Source: Phoronis australis (taxonomy: Eukaryota; Animalia; Phoronida). Taken from it: a stretch of DNA of 64,000 nucleotides. The stretch is from the NCBI GenBank assembly GCA_002633005.1, contig NMRA01000594.1, positions 194,541-258,540 of the forward strand, written 5' to 3'. The notes under the pieces are model-generated. The model was not told the origin of the DNA. It ran no database searches and saw only the letters and a list, made by a program, of their open reading frames with translations. A program made the position numbers and the translations under genes. This document shows, in pieces, positions 42,295-54,349 of this stretch (positions are counted from its first letter, which is position 1; each line of letters begins with the position of its first letter).

Positions 42295-42701
42295 CTGGGC
42301 CCGGTCTCTAATCTTTGTACTCCAAACGAACTCGAAACTATTTTTGGCAATTTCTCTGCTCCTTTTGTGCGAACTTAAGAAAATTGGTTATCAGACTGTG
42401 CTCGAATACATTATAGTTTATGCATAGGAGTTTCTAGTTCAAGTTTGCCCTTGAAGACCCTTATATTCGTGTTACAAACTCGAGTAAATACTCGAAATTT
42501 CGAGTTCAAACTCGAACTTATTGTTTTAATATTGGGTTTACAAACTGTGAACCAAGGGCAATAAATTATCTACGTAAGTTATTGCGTACTCGAGCATAGA
42601 ATAATAGACACTTATCTTGAGTTCGCCCAAAAGTAGAGTAGAAAATGCCAAACCTAATTTCGAGTTCCATTTCGAGTAAAAAGATTGGAGACCGGGCCCA
42701 G
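42295..42701. mobile_element. PIF/Harbinger-like MITE
   Basis: TIRs ctgggcccggtctctaatcttt / aaagattggagaccgggcccag (one mismatch in 22), CWG-type ends, internal ctcga repeats. Confidence 0.8.
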
Positions 42702-42758
42702 GTATCAACAATGCAATATCACATAAATTTAAGTTTCACATTTTGAATCCCAAATTTT

Positions 42759-43250
42759 GTGAAACATCTCCATAGTTTTTGTAACTTTACCAATAGCACT
42801 TTAGGGTTCGAGATTACATGCACTTCCTGTCACTGCAAAGAATATGGTCAATTTTCGTTACAAAAGTGTGATCGCAGAGGAAATGTGGCCTTCATTAGCT
42901 GTGTCAAAGACGTCAGAAGTCATCTGAGGTCGTGCAAAGTGCCACAGAAGTTTGAAATTATTTCGGAACTACAGTTGATTCTTGCCAGAGCTGGAGATAG
43001 GAGGATGGACTGGCAAACCAATGGAAATGCGCCGTTATATGTTTTACACATCGACATGAGTTTGGACTTGGCTTTAAACAAAAATTGACGAGCTGTTATC
43101 CAGAACTCACAGCTAGAACGAAGCGGAAGATTGAACGGGGCGTTGACTTTCGCATGTGGCAATGGATTTTTCGCCAGTTTGATTTGTTGGTCACTGTTGT
43201 ACATCGCCGTGGATGCCGCAGGCATACTGGGGCGATAGTACATCCCCACA
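42759..43250 (+). pseudogene. Cys/His-rich N-terminal fragment of a DNA transposon protein (Sola2-like, tentative)
   Basis: SCVKDVRSHL..ISELQLILARAG, then after a frameshift VICFTHRHEFGLGFK..CYP..RGVDFRM; family assignment from memory only. Confidence 0.4.
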
Positions 43251-43779
43251 AAAAGTTACTCATTTCAAAATACTGGAAATAAAGTCAAATGAAACATTCA
43301 TATATGCACATGGAGTTATAAACAACTCATACCATAAGTCTGGAAGCGATTTAATCGAGATAATCTGAACAAATGGAAGAAAATCTGTGGCGGTTTGCTC
43401 GAGTCTCTCTTACCGGGTGCCATTTTGACGAGGTTACATGAAATCACGCATGCTGACGAATAAAAAGTTTAAGGGACCCAAATCTTACAAATTTCACCTG
43501 ATACCCTTTCATGCTATTTACAAATGTCACGCGCTTCGCTCAGTCTTGTTCTAGCCTTTTGCCTAACTCACGTGACTCAGTTGACATACTTTGTGATTTT
43601 CGTGCGCGGTGAAAAAGTTAACGGCAACTAAGAAGTGGAGTTGGAATTCTTCGTCAAAGTCAACTTAATTCACACAACTAAGCTTCATTGAAGATATGTA
43701 TAGAAGGACCATTGATGAAAGTAAGCGCTTTTTAAATGATAGTTTCAAGTGTGGAATGTATTTTTGACGAGGTGAAAAC

Positions 43780-44750
43780 TCAAAATCGGTGGCCGGATAT
43801 GGCCTACGCCCGTTTGAAATGCATTTAGGACAAACGAAAGCGAATGGAAGTATTGTAGTCCCTAAATGGCCAACCGAGGGGCTACGTGTTGCATATCCCT
43901 GTTTGTGCAGGTAAGATATTAGTAACAATTGCTAAAAAGTTACTTCATATTCATCACAACTGTTGGCCTGGGTCAACAGGTCATGACTTCAGTTCAGAAT
44001 GTAGCTCTCGCTGACAACTTTCGACTTACTGACTCCCCAGGAGCACAAACCTGATAGGCCTATCCGGTTAGCGGGTTAGGATGGCCTGCATGATTGATTC
44101 TAAAGGTATTGAAACTACTTAGATTTTTAAAGGAGTGGTTATCTAGTTTTGAGACATGTTTAGTGATCAAAATAAAAGGACATTGTGTTTCAGGAGCTCT
44201 TGTTTTCTTCAAACAAAATGAAGTTTTTTGAAGTGTTGTGTGGAAATGCATCATACGCTAAACCTAGCATACCTTCAAGAAACTGGTTTTGAGTCCGCCG
44301 CATGAACGGAATTTACATAATGTGAAACTTTTTGCTGTCAAGTCGCAACAACACCCAATTGCTTAAATACTAGTTTGGAAAGCCGGTAACTTGGATATCA
44401 CTGAAAGTATTATGTTTTCAGTCCTAAATATCCGTACCTCTTATTTTTCTGAAAGTACAAATTCCATTGGCGCACTGCCACCATGCTTGGCCGCTTTTGC
44501 GTAGTACAAGAAGCATTGCGTGTCCCCTTGTATATTCAATAACATGACACCTCTGCTCGAATCCACCGTCCTCTTTCAACTTGTGATCTCGAAGATCTTG
44601 ATTAGTTTTAGTATAAACTTTGCTAATAGTTTGAGAGGTCTTTTTCAAGCGCATATACAGGGATTTGTCCAGGACGTCTGAAAATGGGCAAGCATGCACT
44701 GTAGGCAGTGCGTGGGATTCTTTGTCCATTGCGGTGTTCGAAAACTGACC
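43780..44750 (+). pseudogene. Possible highly degenerate DIRS-like retroelement fragment
   Basis: MHLGQTKANGSIVVPKWPT resembles the DIRS methyltransferase-like motif; downstream recombinase-like traces are weak. Confidence 0.28.
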
Positions 44751-46599
44751 AAGCAAGGGGAATGGGTACCCTTAATAAGAATAAAGCCTGCTCCTCAGAA
44801 GTATGAGATGGTGTTGGGGGTTATAATATAACTCATTTTCGAGTTCTGTAATCCTGTAATAGATTTTTATTTTCGCACAAGCAAAACTGAAAATTCACGA
44901 AGAAAAAATCTCTGATACAGCTTCTCGTGATTTCCTTCGTTACTGATGAAGCAAAACGACTGATATTTCTTCTATTTGGCATCGTGGTCGACAGATAATT
45001 GCACAATCGAGTAGCGCCTCCTATAGTCTTTTAATCTAACTGACAGTCACAGATTGGCAGAAAAGTGTTTACGTGAGTTATGTAAAAACTGACTTCACAA
45101 AAACTATGAAAGAGACAAGATCTTTTTTCGTGCTTTGGACTGAAAAAAAGACAACAGTAATAGATGGAAGTTGACTCATGTTCCAAAAGAATCTGATATA
45201 GATTTGGGAAAGCGATAAATATGCGTAAAAATGGCCTTAATAATAAGCAGTGAAAATTATATTTTGTAGGCTAAAATGGGAGGGCATAAAGAATCAATAA
45301 ATCCATACGAACTAGTTTTACTTGTATGTTATTCTTTCTTCTACTTCACCTACTTCGCAGTACTTTTATTTGCTATTTTTCAGAAAAAGTACAAAGTGGT
45401 CGTAAAAAGGGTTAAAAAAAACTCAGAAACTCTTAAAAAATCATGCTCAGGTTTCTTTTGACAAGGCCAGCTGATGTACTAAGTTTAAAAAAAATGTTAA
45501 TTTTGCATATATAGCCCACCATCTGGTTTTTATGTGGAATTGATCTTAAGTGGGGGCATGGCCTCCTTGGCCCCTTAAATCCGAAACTGGTATATTCATA
45601 ACAGTTCATGTTAATCACTAATCAGACAAATGACCAAACTTTTGACTCAATGCATGTATTAAACTAGCCCATTGCTACCTAACCACACTGGTTTCATATT
45701 CACAAATGCTATATCCTTTGCTCGCTTTCTTATCAGAATTACCAAAATTAGCCAAAATCAGCATGGTGAAACTTTGAAACAATTCTCAATTTCCGAAAAG
45801 CTAATACTTATATACTAAAATGGCTATCTTAAATACCAAACCTATTCCTGTTTCTAAAGTTAAGATAAATTCATCAAACATTTTAAGCATTCCTGACTTG
45901 TAAGATGTCTCAATGTTCTTGCAAAGTTGGCAGCTTTTTACTGAAATTAGCGTCGAAAAAGCCATTTTTGCAATATCATCGTAAAAATGGAAACGAGGCT
46001 TGTGTCAGAAAAAGCGAAGGTGTGTATTTCGGGAAAGCCTAAACTCTCACAAAGTTTCAAGAAAATTGTGATCGTCAACGTAAAGCCATCCGTAAGTGGT
46101 CCAATCTTTTTTCTTAGAAAAAGTCGTTCTAGAATTTTTATTCATTTCAGTGTCCAAAATCAAGCATTCTTAATGCTTACGTAGGTTTTACAAACATTGA
46201 ATGTAGCAATATGTATGTGTGTCTATTAAGCAGTATTTTAAATTGATTTTTTAATTTATTATTATTCGGTGAATAGTACGACTTTTTATTTACTGTTGAA
46301 TTGTTTTTATTTATTTCGCATTATTGTTCCTACACTTTCCTTTAGTTCTGGCTCAGCATTAATCCTGTTATTCCACACTGTCTATAAAAACAACGCATTC
46401 TTTTGGGGGTTTTCATATCCATTTATGTTGTTCATAGATGTATCAAGGGAGTACGTTTTGACAAATCACCCAAGACAAACACAAAGGAAATCAAATTTTT
46501 CACCAGTAAGCGAATTTGGCATAGATTCTTCCTAAATTGAACTCGAAGATTCATCGATGCTATGATAGATATTAAGCCAGGCGAATATTGATCATGAAG

Positions 46600-47210
46600 A
46601 AAAGGTGCGCTACAGGAGTCGGAATCAACTAAAAATCATCAGCGGTACGAACACGTTTTCCATTTAGACTTGTTAGGCCGGTACAAAGGCGGACCATGGA
46701 CGTCCAAAATTAATCCCAACCATGTTCTTTTCAGTGGTGAACACATCTGCTAGTTTTATAAAGATTCTTTCATGGTACGCCAAAACCAATAAGAAGGGTA
46801 CACAAAATTCGTAGTCGCTTCAAACGGTATGGATAATTTACGCTCACCTAATGAACATAGGTACAGTAGATTACACCCTTAACATCGAAAAGTCATGTAT
46901 ATTATGAAGGGTGTGCTCAACATATATGAACGTTAACTACTTCTGCCAGCTCTCGCCACTGCTTGTAAAGCAATTAGGTGGGAAGGGATCAGGACTTTTT
47001 GAAGAACAGTTTCGAATTGGTTTCTAGAAATTCCATGTATGTAATCTAAGAAGGCCTGAAGAGTATGTGGGAATGTAAATGGATTTCTCAGAATTCGTAC
47101 GAGCTAATACGCAACTTTCCACAGATATGTGATTGTGTTAAGAGCATCCAAAATCATAGAAGTCGAAAGTGTGAGGTATGGCTGTGGATGATTTTTTATG
47201 TATAAATTAT
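46600..47210 (+). pseudogene. Possible ancient CR1 ORF2 3' end
   Basis: Only faint, frameshifted resemblance to CR1 C-terminal motifs. Confidence 0.22.
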
Positions 47211-47701
47211 ATAAGTCGTGCTTCGTCAATTAAATTAGCTTGCTTACATAATGAATTTTATGACGGGCATGTCAGCTGGATACAAAAATGCAATTGCCAA
47301 GTTAGCTCAATAAGCTATCATGACCTTTGAGCAGGTATCTCGCGCTTTTGCTTTGTAAAGTGAGGCTCATTTAGAGTTCACGTCCACTAGTGGTGGACGC
47401 GGGATAGAAAACTGAAAGGCTTCATCTTCTCGCTAGTTCATGTAGACATATTATTACGAAAATTCTCGAAAATACAAAGAAACTAAAACATGTGTCAATA
47501 GGGTGTACAACGGTAATCGGTAAAAAAAAATCCCTGGGGCATTGTCATGCATTATAGAAACATCTTTGTAAATGTACACGTACATCCAGGATTGCATAAA
47601 CTGTAGCAAACGTCAGACGGACGAACCGACGGCGATGACAGCATAATGCGTTGACATACACATGTACATGTATGTTTATATGGAGGGATAGTTATGCTCG
47701 C

Positions 47702-47756
47702 CTTGTAACCAGCTCTGCTTTGTACAGTGCTTTAAACCCGTGACAGTCAGAGGTAG
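47702..47756 (-). CDS. Candidate linker exon between the UPA and caspase domains
   Basis: cccctgcacattacag|LPLTVTGLKHCTKQSWLQ(G)|gcgagc; 55 nt, phase 0 to 1, exactly the phase change needed; requires a GC donor. Confidence 0.3.
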
Positions 47757-48808
47757 CTGTAATGTGCAGGGGTGCCGGAACAATAAATGTTTTCCATCGC
47801 ATCATGGATAAAACTCGTAAATTTCGTCGAGAGTTTTTAGCCACTGCAACATTTGCAAAGACACCATAATTTGTCACAAGACAATTAGAATTTTAGTATA
47901 CATGCACATTGATGTAAGGCGCGCAAGTTCATTGTCGCAATCGGAAATCCGGCAAATAGCATGCTCCGATTTAAAACAAACGATATCAGAACACAAGTCG
48001 GACGCGCCTACATGTAAATGAAAAATTGCATCGTTCGGTGTATTTCTCATTTCTATTTTCACCAGAAAGTTTCGTCTTGCAGGACTGGGCGTTTTTTTCT
48101 TAGATACAGCGCTAAACACCAGCTAAACGTACGCTAGACTCGAAAAGCAAACGAGTTAGGGTAGCATCATCATTAAGACACGGAAAGCATTAGACTGGCG
48201 TATCTATTGGTGACTTTGTTTTTCTTATAATGCAGAAAATGGCAAACATTTATCGCATTGCGACCTGACTTGCTATGACCAACAAAATGCAGCATAGGAA
48301 AACAACCTATAGGTGGAGAATAGGTTCGTAATATAGGTGATAACCCCAAAACGCGCTTGCGCCGGTCGCATGGATGTCACAAGTTAAGCATATCTTACGA
48401 ACTCAATACGACGTCATTTGGTATGGGTAGCTAGGGATATCAATTCTCATCGGCCTTATAGAATAGTCCAGTAATCAACCATTGGATGCTTTAGGGGCAT
48501 GAGAGTTGCGTCTGTCAGAATATAGCGTTCACATATAGATAATTCGTATTAACAAAACAACGCAAGTACTTAGACAGTTTCAGCTACTCACAGCAGCCAT
48601 CTGCGAAAGCTATTGGACAATAGGTGGTGTGGTGATGACACGGTTCCAAGTTTTTTATAATTTACCCCCATAGTCCATGGTCACATCTGAGCCACTTGGT
48701 TGTGTTAATAACAATTAATCTATGTGTACTCTACCAACTTTGAACTGGCTGAACTTCGGGAGCAAGCTTTCGGTCATACAAAATTAGTTCAACGCACACC
48801 ATTTTTCA

Positions 48809-51800
48809 TTGTTACTCTGCTCGTGTAAGCGCAGAGTACTGTTGTTCCTGGGTTTTCTTCAGTTTTATTCTTCTTATTCTTCTTATTACTGTTCTACGTA
48901 TTTTATCTTCTAATTCTTCTTATTAATCTGTGCGGTCAAGCGCAGAGTTATACTGTTCTACGAATTTTATCTTCTTGTGCTTCTATTACTCTGCGCGTTC
49001 AATCGCAGAGTATTTACTGTTTTACGTATTTTATCTTCTTATTCTTCTTAATACTCTGAGCGTGCAAGCGCAGAGTACAGTTGTTCCTGGGTTTTCTTCA
49101 ATTTTATTCTTCTTATTCTTCTTATTTTTATTCTTCTTCTTCTTCCGACCAGATTTAAGACTTAATAACTCCAAATTGAGTGAAGGTACGGTCTTTAAAT
49201 TCAGCATATGATTTTTGACAATATATAAATTTTGATTCGTGAAAAATGATCTTCCATATTGTACCAGAAGGGGTCGTTTGGTGCAAAGGTCATCTCATTT
49301 TCAAAATACAACTCCTATTCTTTTCAAATTTGGTACAAAGGTATAAGTCAATAAGGCAATTTAAACAATTACTTTTCTAAGTAATCGGGTCATCCAATCA
49401 GGTAAAACAGGTCAAATGTCATTAGGTGCAAACTAAGATTTTGAGCTAGACACTTCAAATTCACAGGTCTGATTGGCATAGATAATTCAATTCGGAATCC
49501 AACATTTCAGGTCATTTAGTGCAAACCTGGGGTCACTAGGTGCATTTTTCTTCTGAAACTTTGGCCTTTTCATTCTCCAAGTATACTGATGTGTCAACCG
49601 TTAGACAACTGTGATTCTGAGTATTAAACACATTTTTCATGTGCTTTGCAATAATTCTCCTTAAGACGCTTATAATGTACCGAATAGGGTCAATTAGTGC
49701 AAAAGCCATCTAACGTTAAAATGTGTAATTTCGCCTACAATTTCAAAGAATTACTTTTCATATTGGTAAATGGGTTGCTGTCAGTAACTTTCCATAATAA
49801 TTCCAGTAATACGCACGTGCAGAGTCCGTTATTGTCACGCCGTGACAATAATCTTTCTAGTTCTTCTGATTCTTCTTCTTCTGACCAAATTTGTTACCTA
49901 ATAACTCCAATCTGGGTGCAGGTACGTTTTTTAAATTCAGCATATCATTTTTGACAGTACATAAATTTTGATTTGTTACACCATCATATTCCATAATGCA
50001 CCGGAAGAGGTCATTTGGTGCAAAGGTCATATATTTTTCAAAATGCTACTACTTCCTTCTTTTAAAAGCTATTGTTTTTAAATTCGGTAAACAGGTATAA
50101 ATTAATAAGGCAATTTAAAAAATTACTTTTCTAAGTAATCTGGTCGTCCAATCAGGTTAAATAGGTCAAAGGTCATTAGGTGCAAACTAAAATTTTGAGC
50201 TAGGCACTTTTTAATACACAGGTCTGATTGGCACAGGAAATTCAATTCGGAATCCAAAGTTTCAGGTCATTTGGTGCACACATGGGGTCATTAGATGCAT
50301 TTTACTACTAAAACTTGACCCTTTCAATCAGCAAGTATTCTGATGTGTCAACCGTTAGACAACTATGATTCTCAGCATTAAACACATTTTTCATGGTCTT
50401 TGCAATAATTCTTTTAAAGACGCTTATAATGCACCGGATAGGGTAAATTAGTGCAAAGATCATGTAACGTTCAAAATTTTATATCTTACATTTTTCAAGG
50501 AATTCTTTTCAATTTCAGCACACTTGTGTAAGTCAACATTCCAATTGAATACCATACTTTTGAGCTAGAGACTTCAAAATCACATATCTGTTTACTAAGT
50601 GAGATTGAGTTTGAATTCTAAATTTGCAGGTCATTTGGGGTACCCAGGGGGTCATCGGGAGCATTTTCTTCCGAAAATTTGACCATTTCATTCATCTTGT
50701 ATTCTGAAGTGCTTAAAGCAAAATAACTGTGATTCTTGTCATTAACCACACTTTAATTCGAGTTTAAAATTATTCCCTCGTTGGTGTTCATGATGCAGCG
50801 GAAGAGGTCAATAAGTGGAAAGGTCATCAAAATATTAACATTTATTATTAATTTTACTTTTCATATTGGTAAACGGTTTGCTCTCAGTAACTTCCCATAA
50901 CAATTCCCGTAATATGCAGGTGCAGTGTCCATTATTGTGACGCAATGACAATAATCTTTCTAGGCTTATTCTTATTCTTATTGTTCTTCCGACCAACTTT
51001 GAGGCCTAATAACTCCAAATTGGGTGCAGCTATGTTCTTTAAATTCAGCATGTCAATTCCATATTGCTCTGGAAGAGGTCATTTGGTGCAAAGGTCAAAT
51101 AATTTTCAAAATGCTACTTCTTCAATTTTTATAAGCTATTCTTTTCAAATTCGGTACACAGGTATAAAACAATATAGCAATTTAAAAAATAACTTTTCTA
51201 AGCAATCGGGTCATCCAATCAGCTTAAACGGGTCAAAGGTAATCAGGTGCAAACTCAGATTTTGAGCTAGACACTTCAAATTCACAGGTCTAATTGGCAC
51301 AGCTAATTCAATTCGGAATCCAAAGATTCAGGTCATTTAGTGCAAACATGGGGTCAGTAGGTGCATTTTTCTTCTGAAAATTTGAGCCTTTCATTCACTA
51401 AGTATTCTGATGTGTCAACTGTTAGACAATTGCGACTCTCAGCATTAAACACATTCTTCATGGGCTTTGCAATAATTCTCCTCAATACTCTTATAATGCA
51501 CCGGATAGGGTCAATTAGTGCAAAGGCCATCTAACGTTCAAAATGTAATATATCACGTTTTTCAGGGAATGTTTTTCAATTTCAGCACACTGGGGTAAGT
51601 CAACATGCCAATTGAACACCCAACTTTACTACACAATAGGCCTAACCAATCAGAAAAAAATAGGTCAAATGTCATTGAGTGCAAATTAAAATCTTGATCT
51701 ATGCACTTCAAATTCACAAGTCTGATCGGTACGTCTAATTCAATTTGAAATTTGAAGTTTCAGGTCATTAAATACAACTATGGGATCATTAGGTGCATTT

Positions 51801-52531
51801 TTCTTCAGACAAGTTGTCCTTTTCATTCACCAACTATTTTGATATGTCAACCGTTAGACAACTGTTATTCTCAGCATTAAATATACTTTTCATGGACTTT
51901 TAAACGGGCTTGTAATGTACTGGATAGGGTCAATTAGTGCAAAGGTCGTCTAATGTTTCAAATGTATATCTCTAAAATTATTCAAGGAATTGTTTTCAAT
52001 TTCAGCACACTGGTGTAAGTCTAAATGCAAATTGAACACCCTACGTAACTACGCAACAGGCCTAACCAATCAGAAAAAATAGTTCAAAGGTCATTGAGTG
52101 CAAATTAACATTTTGAACTAGAGACTTCAATATTACACATCTGTTTGGTAAATGCTATTGAGTTTGATTTCTAAACTTTTAGGGCATTTGGTGCATTCTT
52201 GGGGTCATTAAGTGCACTTTTCTTCTGAAAGTTTGACCAATTGATCCATCATGTATTCTGAAGTACATAAAGTAAAACATCTGTGATCCTTAGCATTAAC
52301 CACAGTTTTAATCGAGTTTACATTCATTCCCTCATCGGGGCTCATAATGCATGGGAAGAAGTCAATTAGTGGAAAGGTCATCAAAATATTAACTTGTAAT
52401 TTCTCCTACAATTTTAAAGAATTCATTTTGGTATTGGTAAACGGGTTGCTGTCAGTAATTTCCCATAACCGTTTTAATAATACGCACGCGCAGAGTCCAT
52501 TATTGTCACGCCATGACAATAATCTTTCTAG
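48809..52531 (+). mobile_element. Complete HINE element, inverted relative to the other blocks
   Basis: 5' subTIR plus IR (actctgc..gcgcagagt) in several copies, (TTCTTA)n microsatellite, central ~433-bp monomers, 3' subTIR acgcgcagagt, stem-loop ttattgtcacg-c-catgacaataa, ends ctag|ttttt. Confidence 0.85.
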
Positions 52532-54349
52532 TTTTTACAGTTTTTGTTCCGTTACCTTCATACCTTCGGAACAAAACTCTACTCTCAACTGAACATAGAT
52601 AAAGTAACTGACATACTTGTTTCATTCTTGAGTGAAGATAAAATGACGCAGTAACGCCACCACTGAGCATAAGCTGATGACACACACAGTGGGACACGGG
52701 GGGGGGGTGGAAAATACTGCAAAGAATGACTACTGAAGGGGGGTAACAGGAAAGTCACGCAATTAAGTGCAACGTACGGCGCGACCCTGTTTGATGCTCA
52801 ATCAAAACAGGCTTCTCAAAAGCAATTAAAAGGGACTCTAGTACTCTCAATTGCAGCACATCGTGCTCCACGTAGCGAATTGATGTGTTTTCCACAATTC
52901 CGTGACGGTGATTGTACGTTCGTGGCATTACAGAAAATGATCTTGGATGGCGCCATTTTGAAGATACATAGATAACAGACGGGAAAGACTGCAAACCGTG
53001 CGATCAATGTAACATTGTTTGACGTTTGAACGAAGACATTCATTAATAGGGCATACAAACTCAAAAACAACACTGCACCGTGCAACGGGGCGGACTTTCG
53101 CTTTAGAAATATTATTTGTCATGTCCAAATTGGAGGAGTTCCTATTCCGTTAATAAATAATAACGTCATCAGGCTTACAAACTTTAACATTATCCTAATA
53201 ATTTTCTTAATGGCATGTTCGTCCTGGAGGTAATTATTAGACTTGACATTTTTGTAAAATATATTTTTGGTTACACCGGTCCGACGTGCAGGGATTACAT
53301 AGCTATCTCTGGACACGAATAGCTTAACATGGAAGGCTACTTTATCTATGTTCAGTCGAGAGTAAAATTTTTTCGAAGGTATGGACGTAACGGAATAAAG
53401 ACTGTCAACAATGAAAAGTGTCGTGCGTTTAACCAATTGTACTAACCTTATGAAATTATTTAGAGACGAATATAGCGTTCCTAACACATTTCCTTGTCAG
53501 AAACTTGCAGGGCAAAAATTCCGTATTTAAGACAATGTCCGAAGTTCCTGGACAATTAAATAAACAGTTTTGGGACTTGTACGCATTTTTAGACAATTAA
53601 AACTCATTTTTGTAATTTCATTTTTTTTCCAATATGGCAGGCCGTCCAAATATGGCGCAAATTCATCGTAATAATTAAACCAAATCAAGTACTTACAAAA
53701 TGTTGTTATTTTGCTTAGTGTAATATTACCTTCACGTTTACGTTCTTTAGGTTTAATCTGAAACGAAAATTGGTATTCAAGTTAAGTACATAATCAACTA
53801 TAATTTCGAGTTTTGGACATTGCAAGCTGAAAAAATTGGAACTCAACGACCTCAACCCAGCAATAGACGAATGGTGTCTTTTCATACGAATGCTATGGAC
53901 ATGAGTGCCAGAATATGACACAAATGGTAAAACACAAAACTGAAATAGAAGAAGAATTTAGAATGACAAAAATGTAGGCTTGACAAGTTTCCATGAGCTT
54001 AATGCTCGCAGTTCATTGCAATCGTACCAAAGGTTACCATACATGTATATGCATCTTACTGGAATCGAAAACTAGCTTAACTGTGAGGTGACAAACATCG
54101 TCCAGCGAAGCTATAATCTTCCTTAATTTTATCATACATGTATAATAAATCAGATGAGATTGCTTCAAGGCGAACTACAATTACTTATGTTATCCCTCAC
54201 CGATTTATTGTACACTTTCTAGACATATGACCAGTTGATAAACCTTTTATTTAAAGTCACGGACTGGCATAATTATGGATTTGGCTCAAAATTCGAAACT
54301 TGGATTATGAGGGATTTGAGCATGTGTCTCAGAATTTGCAAGCCAATTA

